Source: Clostridia bacterium (GTDB lineage: Bacteria > Bacillota > Clostridia > TANB77 > RGIG9151). From it: a DNA stretch of 64,000 nt. The stretch spans positions 4,425-68,424 of the forward strand of contig JAGBIO010000025.1 of NCBI GenBank assembly GCA_017934955.1, in the 5' to 3' direction. Of the stretch, positions 1-9,814 are shown piece by piece; the first letter of the stretch is position 1, and every line of letters begins with the position of its first letter. Under the pieces are notes generated by a model. It did no database searches, was not told the DNA's origin, and saw nothing but the letters and a program-made list of their open reading frames with translations. Position numbers and translations under genes: made by a program.

Positions 1-1059
1 GATATCGAGGAGTATTCCAACAATATTAAATTCATAAAAGAAACACGAGAGAATATTGAAAAAGATATTTTTACGATGAGTGCCGGCAATGAGGCATTAA
101 TTACATTGGCGAAACAAAAATATGAAGAACACAAACGTAAGAAAACCGCTGAGGCCATTTATGAAAATTATCAGCCACGTAGAAAAACCTTGGAAAATCA
201 GCGAAACAAGAAGTTTGGAGAGTTAACATCTCTACAAACGAAATACAAAGGCGGCGAGTTTGGAACCGGCGAAGAAGTTATTCCGGCGTATGTAGAGGAA
301 TACACTATGCTCTCTAAGCATGATTTAATTCGGTACGAAGAGAAACTGGAAAAAGCCAAAAACGACTGTGAGCTTGAATTTCGCGAAAATTTTCTTGCGA
401 AAATGCGTGAAAATATCGAATTAGCGAAAGAAACCTTTAAAGATCTTAATAAAGCACTGAAGTCTATTTATTACGGCAATGATTCTTATCGATTCCATTT
501 GTCGGCACATCCGTTAAAGCAAGGATTATACGAAATGATTACTTCTGAGGTTAATTTAGGTGGTTTTACATTGTTCTCGAATGCTTTTGAAGATAAATAT
601 CGTACGGAAATGGATACGTTGTTTTTAAAATTAACCGAATCAGATGATACCGGTGATGCGATTTTAACGGAATATACCGATTATCGCGGATATTTGGATT
701 ACGATATTGAAATTATTTCAAAAGACGGAAAGTCACAATATTTTTCAAAAATATACGGAGAAAAAAGTGGTGGCGAGACGCAGACGCCGTATTACGTTGC
801 TATTGCTGCCTCTTTTTCCCAGATGTATAGTTTTGGGGAAAGTATTCGTATTATTATGTTGGACGAAGCCTTTGATAAAATGGATGACGATCGTATTGCC
901 GGTATGATGCAGTTTTTTAGGTCGCAGAATTTCCAGATTATATTAGCGACGCCACCTTCCAAAATGGAAGTAATCGGAGAATACGTGGATACTATTTTAT
1001 TGGCGTACAGAGACGGGTATTCCAGTACCGTAGAGGAGTATACATATGAAGAATTATGA
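1..1059 (+). CDS. jetC: SMC/MukB-like ATPase, C-terminal ~350 aa (Wadjet JetC-like). The 5' end is partial: the frame is open from window position 1, so the ATG at 76 is internal.
   Basis: Signature motif GEKSGGETQ is followed by Walker B/D-loop IIMLDEAFDKMDD, as in the C-terminus of SMC/MukB/SbcC-type ABC ATPases. There are no stops from nt 1. The stop overlaps the start of a JetD-like gene. Confidence 0.6.
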   Translation, partial: DIEEYSNNIKFIKETRENIEKDIFTMSAGNEALITLAKQKYEEHKRKKTAEAIYENYQPRRKTLENQRNKKFGELTSLQTKYKGGEFGTGEEVIPAYVEEYTMLSKHDLIRYEEKLEKAKNDCELEFRENFLAKMRENIELAKETFKDLNKALKSIYYGNDSYRFHLSAHPLKQGLYEMITSEVNLGGFTLFSNAFEDKYRTEMDTLFLKLTESDDTGDAILTEYTDYRGYLDYDIEIISKDGKSQYFSKIYGEKSGGETQTPYYVAIAASFSQMYSFGESIRIIMLDEAFDKMDDDRIAGMMQFFRSQNFQIILATPPSKMEVIGEYVDTILLAYRDGYSSTVEEYTYEEL

Positions 1060-2209
1060 GAACGTTCTTTTAAATAAGTTGGTTGATAAATATGAAAAAA
1101 GTAAAAGTTTTAGCGGAAATAATCTTGTGAAACAAAGTTTTACATTGAAAATTACGGAATTATTTCCGAAGTATAGCGATGACGCAGAGTATGAACTTTT
1201 TCGCGATGTGAATGAGGCAATTGATAAACTTGCTGAACGAGGGTTTGTCAGTTATAAAAAACAAAAGAACGCAGTGGTGACTTCTGTGTCGCTTGAATTA
1301 CAATCACTTAATGCAGTATATTTATTTTTAAAACGAACGCCGAAAAAAGATGTTAACGAGAAAATAAGAGGATTGCTACAAAAGTATCGGAACAGTAATG
1401 AAATTTTAAAAAAGTATTGTGATACGCAGCTACAGAGAATAACTGAGAATAAGCCTGTCAAATTTTTTGAGGATCTTACAAGTTTTGAAAATATCTTAAA
1501 ATCATTGGCAGAAGTCCTTAATATTCAAACAGAAATTTTTCAACGAGATTTTTCGGCTCGTGTACTCGGGGACTCTAAGGCTTTTGAAAAAGTAAAATCG
1601 AAAGTTGTAGCGATTTTGTATGAATATGGAGATTTCCCGAATAGTGAGACCGTATTGGAAGACTTAAATATTATTCGGAATCCGGGGCATGTGTATTTTA
1701 AAGGGAACGGCGAAATAACGATTGGAGAACAGCATATTGATTTTAGTGGTTTGGATGGGGACCTTGCGATTTCCTCTTCATTACTCTCTGCGATAAAAGA
1801 AATTAAAGTAACCGGAGATGCTGTGATAACAATTGAAAATTTAACAACGTTTAACTCTTTTAAAAGTGATAATGCGTTTATTCTTTATTTAGGTGGCTAT
1901 CACAACACCGATAGAAGAAACTTTATTAAAAAACTTTATGAGCAAAATCCCACGAAATGTTATTATCATTATGGAGACATTGATGCCGGAGGATTTTATA
2001 TTTTATTACATCTTCGTAAGAAAACCGGCGTAAATTTTCTGCCGTATCATATGGATATTGAAACGTTAAAAAAATATTGTTTTTGTGCAAAAAATCTAAC
2101 GGAAAATGATCGTAAACGCTTGGAAAAGCTAATGGATAGCGAGTTCCATGATGTAATTACCTATATGATAGAGAATAATTGTAAACTTGAACAAGAGGTT
2201 TTAGATTGA
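1046..2209 (+). CDS. jetD: Wadjet JetD-like protein with a C-terminal Toprim-like (DUF2220) domain
   Basis: The protein is 387 aa. It has the Toprim-like acidic motifs VITIENLTTF and YHYGDIDAGGFYIL with JetD-like spacing. It overlaps the stop of the upstream SMC-like gene by 14 nt. Confidence 0.65.
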   Translation: MKNYENVLLNKLVDKYEKSKSFSGNNLVKQSFTLKITELFPKYSDDAEYELFRDVNEAIDKLAERGFVSYKKQKNAVVTSVSLELQSLNAVYLFLKRTPKKDVNEKIRGLLQKYRNSNEILKKYCDTQLQRITENKPVKFFEDLTSFENILKSLAEVLNIQTEIFQRDFSARVLGDSKAFEKVKSKVVAILYEYGDFPNSETVLEDLNIIRNPGHVYFKGNGEITIGEQHIDFSGLDGDLAISSSLLSAIKEIKVTGDAVITIENLTTFNSFKSDNAFILYLGGYHNTDRRNFIKKLYEQNPTKCYYHYGDIDAGGFYILLHLRKKTGVNFLPYHMDIETLKKYCFCAKNLTENDRKRLEKLMDSEFHDVITYMIENNCKLEQEVLD

Positions 2210-2235
2210 TAAAAAAGAATAGGAGGAAAAGAAAT

Positions 2236-2649
2236 ATGTGGATTGTATTTGCATTATTATCAGCAGTATTTGCTGCCTTGACGTCAATTTTGGCGAAGGT
2301 TGGGATTGAGGGAGTAAACTCAAATCTTGCGACGGCACTTAGGACGGTAGTTGTTTTAATCATGGCTTGGGGGATGGTTTTCTTAACAGATGCGCAAGGC
2401 GGTATTTCGTCTATCAGCAGAAAAAGTTGGGTGTTTTTGATACTTTCCGGTTTAGCGACAGGGGTTTCTTGGTTATGCTATTATAAGGCATTACAAATGG
2501 GAGAAGTTTCTAAAGTTGTGCCGATTGATAAAATGAGCGTTGTAATTACTTTGATACTGGCATTCGTATTTTTGCATGAACAATTTACGGTTAAATCCTT
2601 CATCGGAACTGCTTTATTAACGGCCGGAACGTTAGTGATGGTTTTATAA
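2236..2649 (+). CDS. EamA/DMT-superfamily small membrane transporter (4 TM helices)
   Basis: Hydrophobic 137-aa protein with a YYKALQ EamA-like motif. RBS AGGAGGAAAAGAAAT lies before the ATG at 2236; the ORF-track start at 2206 lacks an RBS. Confidence 0.6.
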   Translation: MWIVFALLSAVFAALTSILAKVGIEGVNSNLATALRTVVVLIMAWGMVFLTDAQGGISSISRKSWVFLILSGLATGVSWLCYYKALQMGEVSKVVPIDKMSVVITLILAFVFLHEQFTVKSFIGTALLTAGTLVMVL

Positions 2650-2729
2650 AGATAGTAGGTGGAATAGATAAATGCTTAGAATTAGAACACAATGAATTAT
2701 TCGAAAACAGAATAGGGAGGAAAAGCGTT

Positions 2730-3266
2730 ATGATAACTCCAACAGAAACGGACAGATGTAGATTAAGAATTGTTGAAAAAGACGACAAAAACGAGATTTA
2801 TCGGTTGTTGAGTGATTCGGAAATAGTCGAAAATCTGAATTTAGAAATTCATAAAACGATAGCAGATACAGAAAACATGATAGACAATTATTTGGAGGAA
2901 TATAACGTTGGAACGAAGTATCCGTTTGTGATTCTTGAAAAGGATACCGATAAGTTTATCGGTATTTTTCTGATAAAATTAGATTTGTACGATGAAGATT
3001 GTTTTGAATATACGGTGTATTTAGATAAAAAGTATTGGGGAAAAGGAATTTGTACCGAGATAATGCCATATATGGAAAAGGTTGCGTTTGAGAAAATTAA
3101 TACCGGAAATTTTCGAGGATTTATCATGGAAAAGAATATTGCTTCCGAGAAAGTGCTACAAAAGTGCGGTTTTAAGTTGGAAAAGATTTTTGAGGTACCG
3201 GGAATTGTCGGTAAGATAAAGAGCTATTGGAAAACAAAAGAGGAGTATATGAAGTCTTGCCGATAA
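2730..3266 (+). CDS. GNAT family N-acetyltransferase (RimJ/RimL-like)
   Basis: 178-aa protein with acetyltransferase-fold motifs (KKYWGKGICTE). RBS GGGAGGAAAAG. Confidence 0.6.
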   Translation: MITPTETDRCRLRIVEKDDKNEIYRLLSDSEIVENLNLEIHKTIADTENMIDNYLEEYNVGTKYPFVILEKDTDKFIGIFLIKLDLYDEDCFEYTVYLDKKYWGKGICTEIMPYMEKVAFEKINTGNFRGFIMEKNIASEKVLQKCGFKLEKIFEVPGIVGKIKSYWKTKEEYMKSCR

Positions 3267-3321
3267 TCTATAGAACGTCGTGAGTGATCATTTCATATCA
3301 TGTAGAGAGGAGGAATTTTAC

Positions 3322-3744
3322 ATGTATCGAAATAATCACTTATTTCATTTAACAGATTATGGGCCAAATCCATTGGCCTTTAATATAGAGAAGGCCACAA
3401 AGCAAAATCGTAATTTTCGATTGGCTTTGTGGACAGGAAATCATTTTCAAGTGACATTGATGGCCTTGAAACCGGGAGAATCCATCGGATTGGAATTTCA
3501 TCCGAATGTCGATCAGTTTTTAAGAATTGAAGAAGGGGTTGGAACGATTATGATGGGAAGAGAGAAGGATAGATTGGATTATCGGAGAAATATAGAGCGC
3601 AGTTCTGCCATTATCGTTCCGGCAGGAACGTGGCATAATTTGATTAACACCGGACGCGGCCCGCTAAAGTTATATTCGATTTATGCACCGCCTCAGCACC
3701 CTCATGGAACGGTAGAGCCGAGAAAAGAGGACGCGGAACATTAA
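3322..3744 (+). CDS. cupin domain protein
   Basis: Cupin motifs GLEFHPNVDQF and PAGTWHNLIN. RBS GAGAGGAGGAATTTTAC lies before the ATG at 3322. Confidence 0.6.
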   Translation: MYRNNHLFHLTDYGPNPLAFNIEKATKQNRNFRLALWTGNHFQVTLMALKPGESIGLEFHPNVDQFLRIEEGVGTIMMGREKDRLDYRRNIERSSAIIVPAGTWHNLINTGRGPLKLYSIYAPPQHPHGTVEPRKEDAEH

Positions 3745-3746
3745 GA

Positions 3747-3899
3747 GTTACAATTCAGACTTAAATTTATAGAGAAGGCACAAACAATGTAGGGACAGCA
3801 TTCATGTTGTCCACAGAAAAGGCAGAAAGCAGGACAGCATGAATGCTGTCCGTACAATGATTGTATCATCATTGTAGAAGATATGGTCTGACCTGTAAC
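3747..3899. repeat. Complete MITE-like element of the GGACACAAT/GGACAGCAT hairpin family, bounded by the inverted repeats GTTACAATTCAGAC and GTCTGACCTGTAAC
   Basis: Terminal inverted repeats flank the two palindromic hairpins GGACAGCATTCATGTTGTCC and GGACAGCATGAATGCTGTCC. Confidence 0.8.
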
Positions 3900-3903
3900 C
3901 ATT

Positions 3904-3925
3904 AAGAAGCAGAAATGCTTCTTTT
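3904..3925 (+). terminator. Rho-independent terminator after the cupin gene
   Basis: AAGAAGCAGAAATGCTTCTTTT hairpin followed by a T-run. Confidence 0.5.
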
Positions 3926-4012
3926 GTTCTTGCAAAGTTTTCATAATAAAGGTATAATAATTAATGTTTTGGTAATGAGATTAGCTTCAAACTATGAAAG
4001 GAGGCGGATTCG

Positions 4013-4453
4013 ATGAGAGGTTTTAATTTCTCGGAGGTTGAAGAATTGGTTGCTCAAGAGGGGCTGGTAGGAGAAGAAGTACGCATGTTGTATTGGAGGA
4101 AGTTTTGTGAATATTTGATAAAAGAAAAATGCGATTCGGTACCAATCGGTTTGATTGACCGGATTGATAAGAAATGTGACGGATTTCACGACTTTGCTTT
4201 TGAACATGTTAAAATAGATACAAGTAATTCCTTATCAGCACAAATGGTAATGAGAAGAAGACGTAAACTAAGATGGAAATATAACCGAGTCATTAAAGAG
4301 GTAGTTAAATCCGGTATTTTGTCGCCGGAGTACGAGGAGTATGTCAGAAAAACGCAAGTGCTACAGCAGCAATTAACTATCGTACGGCATAAAAAGCCTT
4401 GGAAGGTTTTTCTTGTTTTAAAAGACGGAATTCGCGTTCAGGTTATCTACTAA
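4013..4453 (+). CDS. hypothetical protein
   Basis: 146-aa ORF with RBS GAAAGGAGG and promoter TTGCAA-17-TATAAT upstream. It lies between a MITE and a bidirectional terminator. No family was recognised. Confidence 0.5.
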   Translation: MRGFNFSEVEELVAQEGLVGEEVRMLYWRKFCEYLIKEKCDSVPIGLIDRIDKKCDGFHDFAFEHVKIDTSNSLSAQMVMRRRRKLRWKYNRVIKEVVKSGILSPEYEEYVRKTQVLQQQLTIVRHKKPWKVFLVLKDGIRVQVIY

Positions 4454-4457
4454 ATAG

Positions 4458-4530
4458 AACAGAAAGGGGCTGTAAAAAACACCTCGGAAAATTTATTTTT
4501 CCCCGAGTGTTTTTTACAGCCTCTTTCTGT
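4458..4530. terminator. Bidirectional rho-independent terminator between convergent genes
   Basis: Long perfect hairpin AACAGAAAGGGGCTGTAAAAAACACCTCGG...CCGAGTGTTTTTTACAGCCTCTTTCTGTT with T-runs on both strands. Confidence 0.75.
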
Positions 4531-4534
4531 TCTG

Positions 4535-6091
4535 TTATTTTTCTGCAATTTCAAATTTCACATTTCTGCCTTTAATTTGTTTTCCCTGCATTCCTTCCAT
4601 GACTTCTTCCACAAACTCCTCCGGAATATCAACAAAAGAATAACTGTCCAACAAAATAACTTTCCCGATATCTTTTCCGGAGATAGTCGTTTGGCTGGTA
4701 ATAGCTCCAATAATGTCTTTTACAGCGATACGGTCTCTTTTACCTACCGTTAAGAAGAGTTTTACCATTCCGTTTTCATCCGAGTGGTATTTTTCTTTTT
4801 CCACTTTTGGTGATTTGCAAAACAGCATGGCATATAAAGCATGCGCAATTTCCTCGTAGGAATAGCCATCGTAAAACAAATCGGTAACGGTGGTATCGTC
4901 GGAAAATTCTTGGCTTCCGATGACGCTTTTAATTTTATCATAACGTTCCTTTTGCGTGATTTTCGCAATATCGGTTACAGTCGGAGCTTTTAACGCCTTG
5001 ATTTTTGTTTTTGCATAACGTTCGATCTCCTTTAGATTGCGAAGTTCTTTTCCAACAACGAAGGAAATGGCTTTTCCGCTTTTTCCGTTTCGACCGGTTC
5101 TTCCGATTCGGTGAACGTAATATTCCTGCTCTTGCGGTAAATCGTAGTTAATTACCAAATCAAGATTGTCAACGTCAATTCCTCTTGCCGCAACGTCTGT
5201 TGCAATCAGAATGTTAATTTTTCCAGCCTTAAATTTCTTCATAATCCGTTCACGAGTGGATTGTCGAATATCTCCATGAAGAACATCAACGTTTACGTCA
5301 TCTTCCTTCAAAACTTCCAACAATTCGTCCGCCTTTTTCTTCGTGTTACAGAAAATGACCGCCGAATTCGGTTGTTCCAATTTTAAAATTCTTCTCAAAA
5401 GTTCCGTCTTCATTTTTGCTTTTGTTTCGTAGTAAACCTGCTCGATATTTTTCACAGTAAGCGTTTCCGCTTTAATTTTAATGTGTTTCGGTGCTGTCTG
5501 ATATTTTTGGGTAATCTCTAAAATTTTTCGAGGCATCGTAGCAGAGAAGAGAAGGGTTTGATGCGGGTAGTCGATATCTTTTAAGATGGTCTGAATATCT
5601 TCCTCAAATCCCATGTTTAACATTTCATCCGCTTCATCTAAAATAACGGTTTTAAGAGATCCTAACTTTAAGGTAGAGCGTCTTAAATGATCCATAATTC
5701 TTCCCGGTGTACCGATGACAATTTGCGACCCTTTTTTCAAATCCTTGATTTGACGTTCCATGGAATCTCCGCCGTAAATCGCAACCGCACGTACACCTCG
5801 CTTAAAGCGTGCTAATTGATTAATTACTTCGGCAATTTGAGTTGCAAGTTCACGTGTCGGTGCAAGAATTAAAACCTGCGTTTCCCGTTTTGAACCGTCA
5901 GCAGACTCCACAGCAGGAATTCCAAAAGCAGCTGTTTTACCGGTTCCTGTTTGAGATTGTCCGATTACATCGTTATCTTCAAGAATCACAGGAATCGCTT
6001 CTTCCTGAATTTTTGTCATCTCGGTAAAGTTCATCGCATGCAATGCTTTTAACAATTCATTTGATAGATTTAGTTCTTCAAAATTTTTCAT
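4535..6091 (-). CDS. cshA: DEAD-box ATP-dependent RNA helicase with a C-terminal DbpA-type RNA-binding domain
   Basis: Q-motif, GTGKT Walker A, DEAD box, SAT and HRIGRTGR motifs are all present. Confidence 0.9.
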   Translation of the reverse strand: MKNFEELNLSNELLKALHAMNFTEMTKIQEEAIPVILEDNDVIGQSQTGTGKTAAFGIPAVESADGSKRETQVLILAPTRELATQIAEVINQLARFKRGVRAVAIYGGDSMERQIKDLKKGSQIVIGTPGRIMDHLRRSTLKLGSLKTVILDEADEMLNMGFEEDIQTILKDIDYPHQTLLFSATMPRKILEITQKYQTAPKHIKIKAETLTVKNIEQVYYETKAKMKTELLRRILKLEQPNSAVIFCNTKKKADELLEVLKEDDVNVDVLHGDIRQSTRERIMKKFKAGKINILIATDVAARGIDVDNLDLVINYDLPQEQEYYVHRIGRTGRNGKSGKAISFVVGKELRNLKEIERYAKTKIKALKAPTVTDIAKITQKERYDKIKSVIGSQEFSDDTTVTDLFYDGYSYEEIAHALYAMLFCKSPKVEKEKYHSDENGMVKLFLTVGKRDRIAVKDIIGAITSQTTISGKDIGKVILLDSYSFVDIPEEFVEEVMEGMQGKQIKGRNVKFEIAEK

Positions 6092-6221
6092 AAAGTTCCT
6101 CCAAGCATAAGAATAGGACGGAAAAATCCGTCCATAAGAAGTATAACATATAAAAACAAAAAAAACAATGATTTACATAATAAAAAGATGCAAATTGTTA
6201 ATCGTCATATTTGTATCTCCT

Positions 6222-6322
6222 ACCATGATGGTGCAACCATTGTACGGACAGCATTTATGCTGTCCTGCTTTTTTGCCATTTGTAGGGACACAATAAATTG
6301 TGTCCCTACAAATGGCACTTTA
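6222..6322. repeat. REP/MITE hairpin pair (GGACAGCATTTATGCTGTCC plus GGACACAATAAATTGTGTCC) overlapping the 3' end of the hexokinase gene
   Basis: Both perfect palindromes are present with flanking TACAATGG/CCATTGTA inverted repeats. Confidence 0.8.
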
Positions 6323-7531
6323 CCGATTTTTTTCATCTGTAACTTCTGCTGCAATCAATGCTGCACCGGTACTCGAAGCGTCTTTAATCAACTCATGTGT
6401 GATTTTTACCGCATTACTTTTGAATAACAACTCTAATTTATGATCCAAACGTTTCCGAAAATAATCTGACTTTTCATAAAAAGAACCATCAAAAACAACA
6501 TTGTGCTTCTTTTGAAATTCCGGATCAATAAAACGAACAATCGCAAAAATCTCGGCAGCAGTAAGGGCAGCCGACCGTTCCAACAAAATCGTTCCAAGTT
6601 CTCGTAACATTATTTTTTGTTCTCGAGAATATTTTATTCTTAATTTTCCGTCAACCGCCATAGAAAGGACCGAAGTAGAAATGTTCTCAACATGATGAAA
6701 CATTTGAAATCTCTTTAAAATCTGCTGAGCCACTTTACTCATATATTTTCCGGCGGTAAGGATTTCAAAAAGTTGAGAAGATTCCTCCGGAGAAAGCGTA
6801 GAGAGAAGTTGTTTATCATATTGTGTTAACGGTAAATCTTTTGAAAAATAACCCGATTCTACGTTGACGATTTCTCCCGTAGCAGAAATAAAGCAAGAAT
6901 TATGTCCCGTCCCTGCAATTAAAGCAATATCCGTCAGAAAATTTTGAAAATTCCCGGTAACTAAAGTAGATGTTGTATCATTAATAATCGCAACCGGTGT
7001 AATCTTTAACTTGGCATCAGCAAATGCCTGTTTCAAAAGAGCATTGATATCCTGCGTTGGAGAGAGACGAAGCTGGATTCCTTTCGTAAAATAAGGAAGT
7101 ACTGCATTATTTTTCGAGGAGGAAACAAATGCAAAGGAAAAGGTATGTACTAATTTATACTCTTTTTTATGATTCACGATTTTAGAAAGATGCTTCGCAA
7201 TCATATCAAAAATATCTTTTAAGGAATATTCCGCTGTTGTATAATCCTTAAAGCGCGAATGTAAGCGAATTTTTGAAATATGTAAAATAGTCGCCTGCTG
7301 ATTTTGAATTTGAAATAAAGCCATACGAATATTGCTTCCGCCAAAATCGATGGTAATATATTCGCCGTCGGCAACCTGTTTAATCGGAGTAATGAACGTG
7401 TTAAACATTCGTAGCATTTGCTTTTCCTGCATATCCGTAAGAAAAGCATCGGAAATTTTCAATAACTTTGGCGTAGAAAGCCGAAATTCATTTCGAATGG
7501 TATTCATTTGTTCTTTTATTGTACTTTGCAT
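6320..7531 (-). CDS. hexokinase-family sugar kinase
   Basis: ITIDFGGSNIRMALF matches the LDLGGTNFR hexokinase sugar-binding signature. IAGTGHNSCF matches the hexokinase GTGTNACY motif. Confidence 0.7.
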   Translation of the reverse strand: MQSTIKEQMNTIRNEFRLSTPKLLKISDAFLTDMQEKQMLRMFNTFITPIKQVADGEYITIDFGGSNIRMALFQIQNQQATILHISKIRLHSRFKDYTTAEYSLKDIFDMIAKHLSKIVNHKKEYKLVHTFSFAFVSSSKNNAVLPYFTKGIQLRLSPTQDINALLKQAFADAKLKITPVAIINDTTSTLVTGNFQNFLTDIALIAGTGHNSCFISATGEIVNVESGYFSKDLPLTQYDKQLLSTLSPEESSQLFEILTAGKYMSKVAQQILKRFQMFHHVENISTSVLSMAVDGKLRIKYSREQKIMLRELGTILLERSAALTAAEIFAIVRFIDPEFQKKHNVVFDGSFYEKSDYFRKRLDHKLELLFKSNAVKITHELIKDASSTGAALIAAEVTDEKNR

Positions 7532-7548
7532 AAGTACCTCCTAAATCA

Positions 7549-8541
7549 CTAACCTTTTATCACAAGTTTTGCTTCTTTACCGGCAGTAAGCGAAGCATGT
7601 CCGCCGATTGGGAAGGTGAAAATTGGTGTTGTATGTCCGAAATCCGCATTCGCAATAACAGGAATATTCGCTAATTCCGGTTTATTCTGAATCAAGCTGA
7701 TCCATTTTTCCTTACTCATATCACAATTCTTTTCCGCACGACCGAGGACAATACCCTTTACATTTTCAAAACCCGGCTGTTGAATTAATGATTGCAATAG
7801 CCTATCAAATTCCAAGATATAGACAGACCCACTGATAGAAGAATCGTTTTCAAGGAATAGAATGGTATCTTCATCAAATTTTGGCATAAATTCGGTACCC
7901 GTCAATAAGGACAACGTACCTAAATTTCCTCCGATAATCTTTCCTTCCGCGGTACCTTCGTTAATGGTAAACATTCCGCTGTTCTTAAAGAAATCACGCT
8001 TTTCCTGATCCATAAACCAAGGATCGTTACTCCAAACGTCAGAAGCAAAAATCTCAACGGGATCTTCTTCCATCAACATATTCTTAAAATAATCCATTGT
8101 ATAATCAAAGCCATATTTCATTCCGAAGCTGGAGTAATGAGGCCCGGAATAAGTAACTAAGCCGGTTTTCGCATAAATTGCGTTCAAAAGTGCAGTAATA
8201 TCCGAAAAACCACAGAAGATTTTGGGATTGTTTTTAATCAAATCATAATCAATATGAGTAAGCAATTGATTCGAATTAAAGCCGCCAATTACCGTAAAAA
8301 TCGCCTTTACGTTTTTATCTGCAAAAGCCTCATGAAGGTCTTCGATACGAGCTTCTATTGAAGAAGAAGTAAAAGCATCACAGATTTCTACATTTTTCCC
8401 GAAAGTAAGTTGAAATCCCATATCCTGAAACCGTTTATTCGCAATTTCTCTCGAATCATTTCCGATAATTTTCATACTTCTCGAAGGCGCAATCACTCTG
8501 ATTTCGTCCCCTTTTTTCAATTTATTTGGTATCATAATCAT
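7549..8541 (-). CDS. ldcA: LD-carboxypeptidase (peptidase S66, LdcA/MccF-like)
   Basis: GFSDITAL serine-nucleophile motif of S66 peptidases. Length and architecture fit. Confidence 0.75.
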   Translation of the reverse strand: MIMIPNKLKKGDEIRVIAPSRSMKIIGNDSREIANKRFQDMGFQLTFGKNVEICDAFTSSSIEARIEDLHEAFADKNVKAIFTVIGGFNSNQLLTHIDYDLIKNNPKIFCGFSDITALLNAIYAKTGLVTYSGPHYSSFGMKYGFDYTMDYFKNMLMEEDPVEIFASDVWSNDPWFMDQEKRDFFKNSGMFTINEGTAEGKIIGGNLGTLSLLTGTEFMPKFDEDTILFLENDSSISGSVYILEFDRLLQSLIQQPGFENVKGIVLGRAEKNCDMSKEKWISLIQNKPELANIPVIANADFGHTTPIFTFPIGGHASLTAGKEAKLVIKG

Positions 8542-8625
8542 TCCCCCAATCTAAGAATATAGTTGTATTTTACTATATCAAATGACAATTATCAATGAAA
8601 TCAAATAAATTTGTGGAAGAGGTAG

Positions 8626-8790
8626 TTACAGGTCAGACTTAAATTGTTACAAATATATCGGGACGTCGAGGACGCCGTCCCCTACAATGCTATTGCACAA
8701 TCATCGTAGGGACACAATTTATTGTGTCCACAGAAAAGGAAGACAGGCAGGACAGCATGAATGCTGTCCGTACAGTGATTTAGAAAACTG
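8626..8790. repeat. Composite repeat: GTTACAGGTCAGACTTAAATT terminal repeat, GGGACGTCGAGGACGCCGTCCC palindrome, GGACACAATTTATTGTGTCC and GGACAGCATGAATGCTGTCC hairpins
   Basis: Direct sequence inspection. The same unit recurs at 9815-9930 as part of a 1.14-kb tandem duplication. Confidence 0.8.
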
Positions 8791-8902
8791 TTGCATAATT
8801 ATGTAAAATGTGATAGAATAGAAACCGACAATTGAATAGGTGGCTCTGAGTAACAAAATTGGCACTCTAACAAGATTCCGAATTAAGTAAGGAGGAAAAA
8901 GT

Positions 8903-9562
8903 ATGAAGATAACGGAAGATGGGATGTTTGTTTTGATCGAGGCGTCGAAACTGAGCCAGGAGGATGCATTCATGAAGCATAAACCGAGAACGGAGGAAGA
9001 AGAGATTTTTAAGGAACGACTTGTAAGTGCAATTCGGCGAGGTGTGAAAGATTTCTACCGACCGAGGATTGATCCGTCTTTTACGAAAGATGGTAATGGA
9101 ATTTGCTACAAAGCCGGAAAGAAGCCGGCGGTTGGCAAGTCCTACGACTGGTGGGATAAGGTTGCGAAGAAATTCAATCCTGCTCGTAAAAGTCGGCTTG
9201 GAACGATGTCAGAGTATGTCGCCTTTCTCGGAGTGTTGATTAAGACGCTGGTTGCAGAAGGCTGGAGCGTGGAAGAAGCATGGGACGCTGTGTGCAATGA
9301 CTCTAAGACGTTGGGGCATTACAGAAATTCCGAGGATACCAAGCAGGGTTTCGAGCCTACCGGGTCGAGGGAAGTTTATGGTTTCTTTGATCTTTCTAAT
9401 GCATGGAAGATTTTGTCGGATAACGGAGGAGCCGGCGGTTTCTGGTGGGCAAGTGGTAACTATCATTACAATGGCTACGGCAAGCCGCTTGCTGATTTGT
9501 ATCATGATGACGACTGTGATTGCAACTTTAGCAATGGTGTGGGTTGGATTGTATATGAATAA
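8903..9562 (+). CDS. hypothetical protein, paralog A of a tandemly duplicated pair
   Basis: Strong RBS AAGGAGGAAAAAGT. Promoter TTGCAT-17-TGaTAGAAT and terminator GGAGAAC..GTTCTCC+T-run are present. It is 219 aa with no signal peptide and no recognised domain. It is about 75% identical to the product of 10046..10720. Confidence 0.65.
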   Translation: MKITEDGMFVLIEASKLSQEDAFMKHKPRTEEEEIFKERLVSAIRRGVKDFYRPRIDPSFTKDGNGICYKAGKKPAVGKSYDWWDKVAKKFNPARKSRLGTMSEYVAFLGVLIKTLVAEGWSVEEAWDAVCNDSKTLGHYRNSEDTKQGFEPTGSREVYGFFDLSNAWKILSDNGGAGGFWWASGNYHYNGYGKPLADLYHDDDCDCNFSNGVGWIVYE

Positions 9563-9660
9563 GTAGCAATGGTCACTGAACACTGTCTTCGAAAAATCGC
9601 GAGAGGAGAACTTTGATTTTTTTCAAGGTTCTCCTTTTTTTCGTAGGGGACGTCGAGGAC

Positions 9661-9810
9661 GGAGGCTGCTGAAAAAGTACGATTTTTTTGAAAAATTTCA
9701 TTTTTCCCAGGTCAAAAATCATTACCCAACGTTCCAAAATTGATTGTAGACGATTTATAAGCTAACAATTTTTGGAAACTATTTTTTTAAGAACTTTTTC
9801 AGCAGCCTCC
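9661..9810. mobile_element. 150-bp MITE with perfect 18-bp terminal inverted repeats (GGAGGCTGCTGAAAAAGT / ACTTTTTCAGCAGCCTCC) inserted inside a GGGACGTCGAGGACGCCGTCCC palindrome
   Basis: GAGGAC(G) is present once in intact copies of the palindrome but is duplicated on both sides of the insert, giving a 6-7-bp target-site duplication. The interior is AT-rich and non-coding. Confidence 0.7.
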
Positions 9811-9814
9811 GAGG

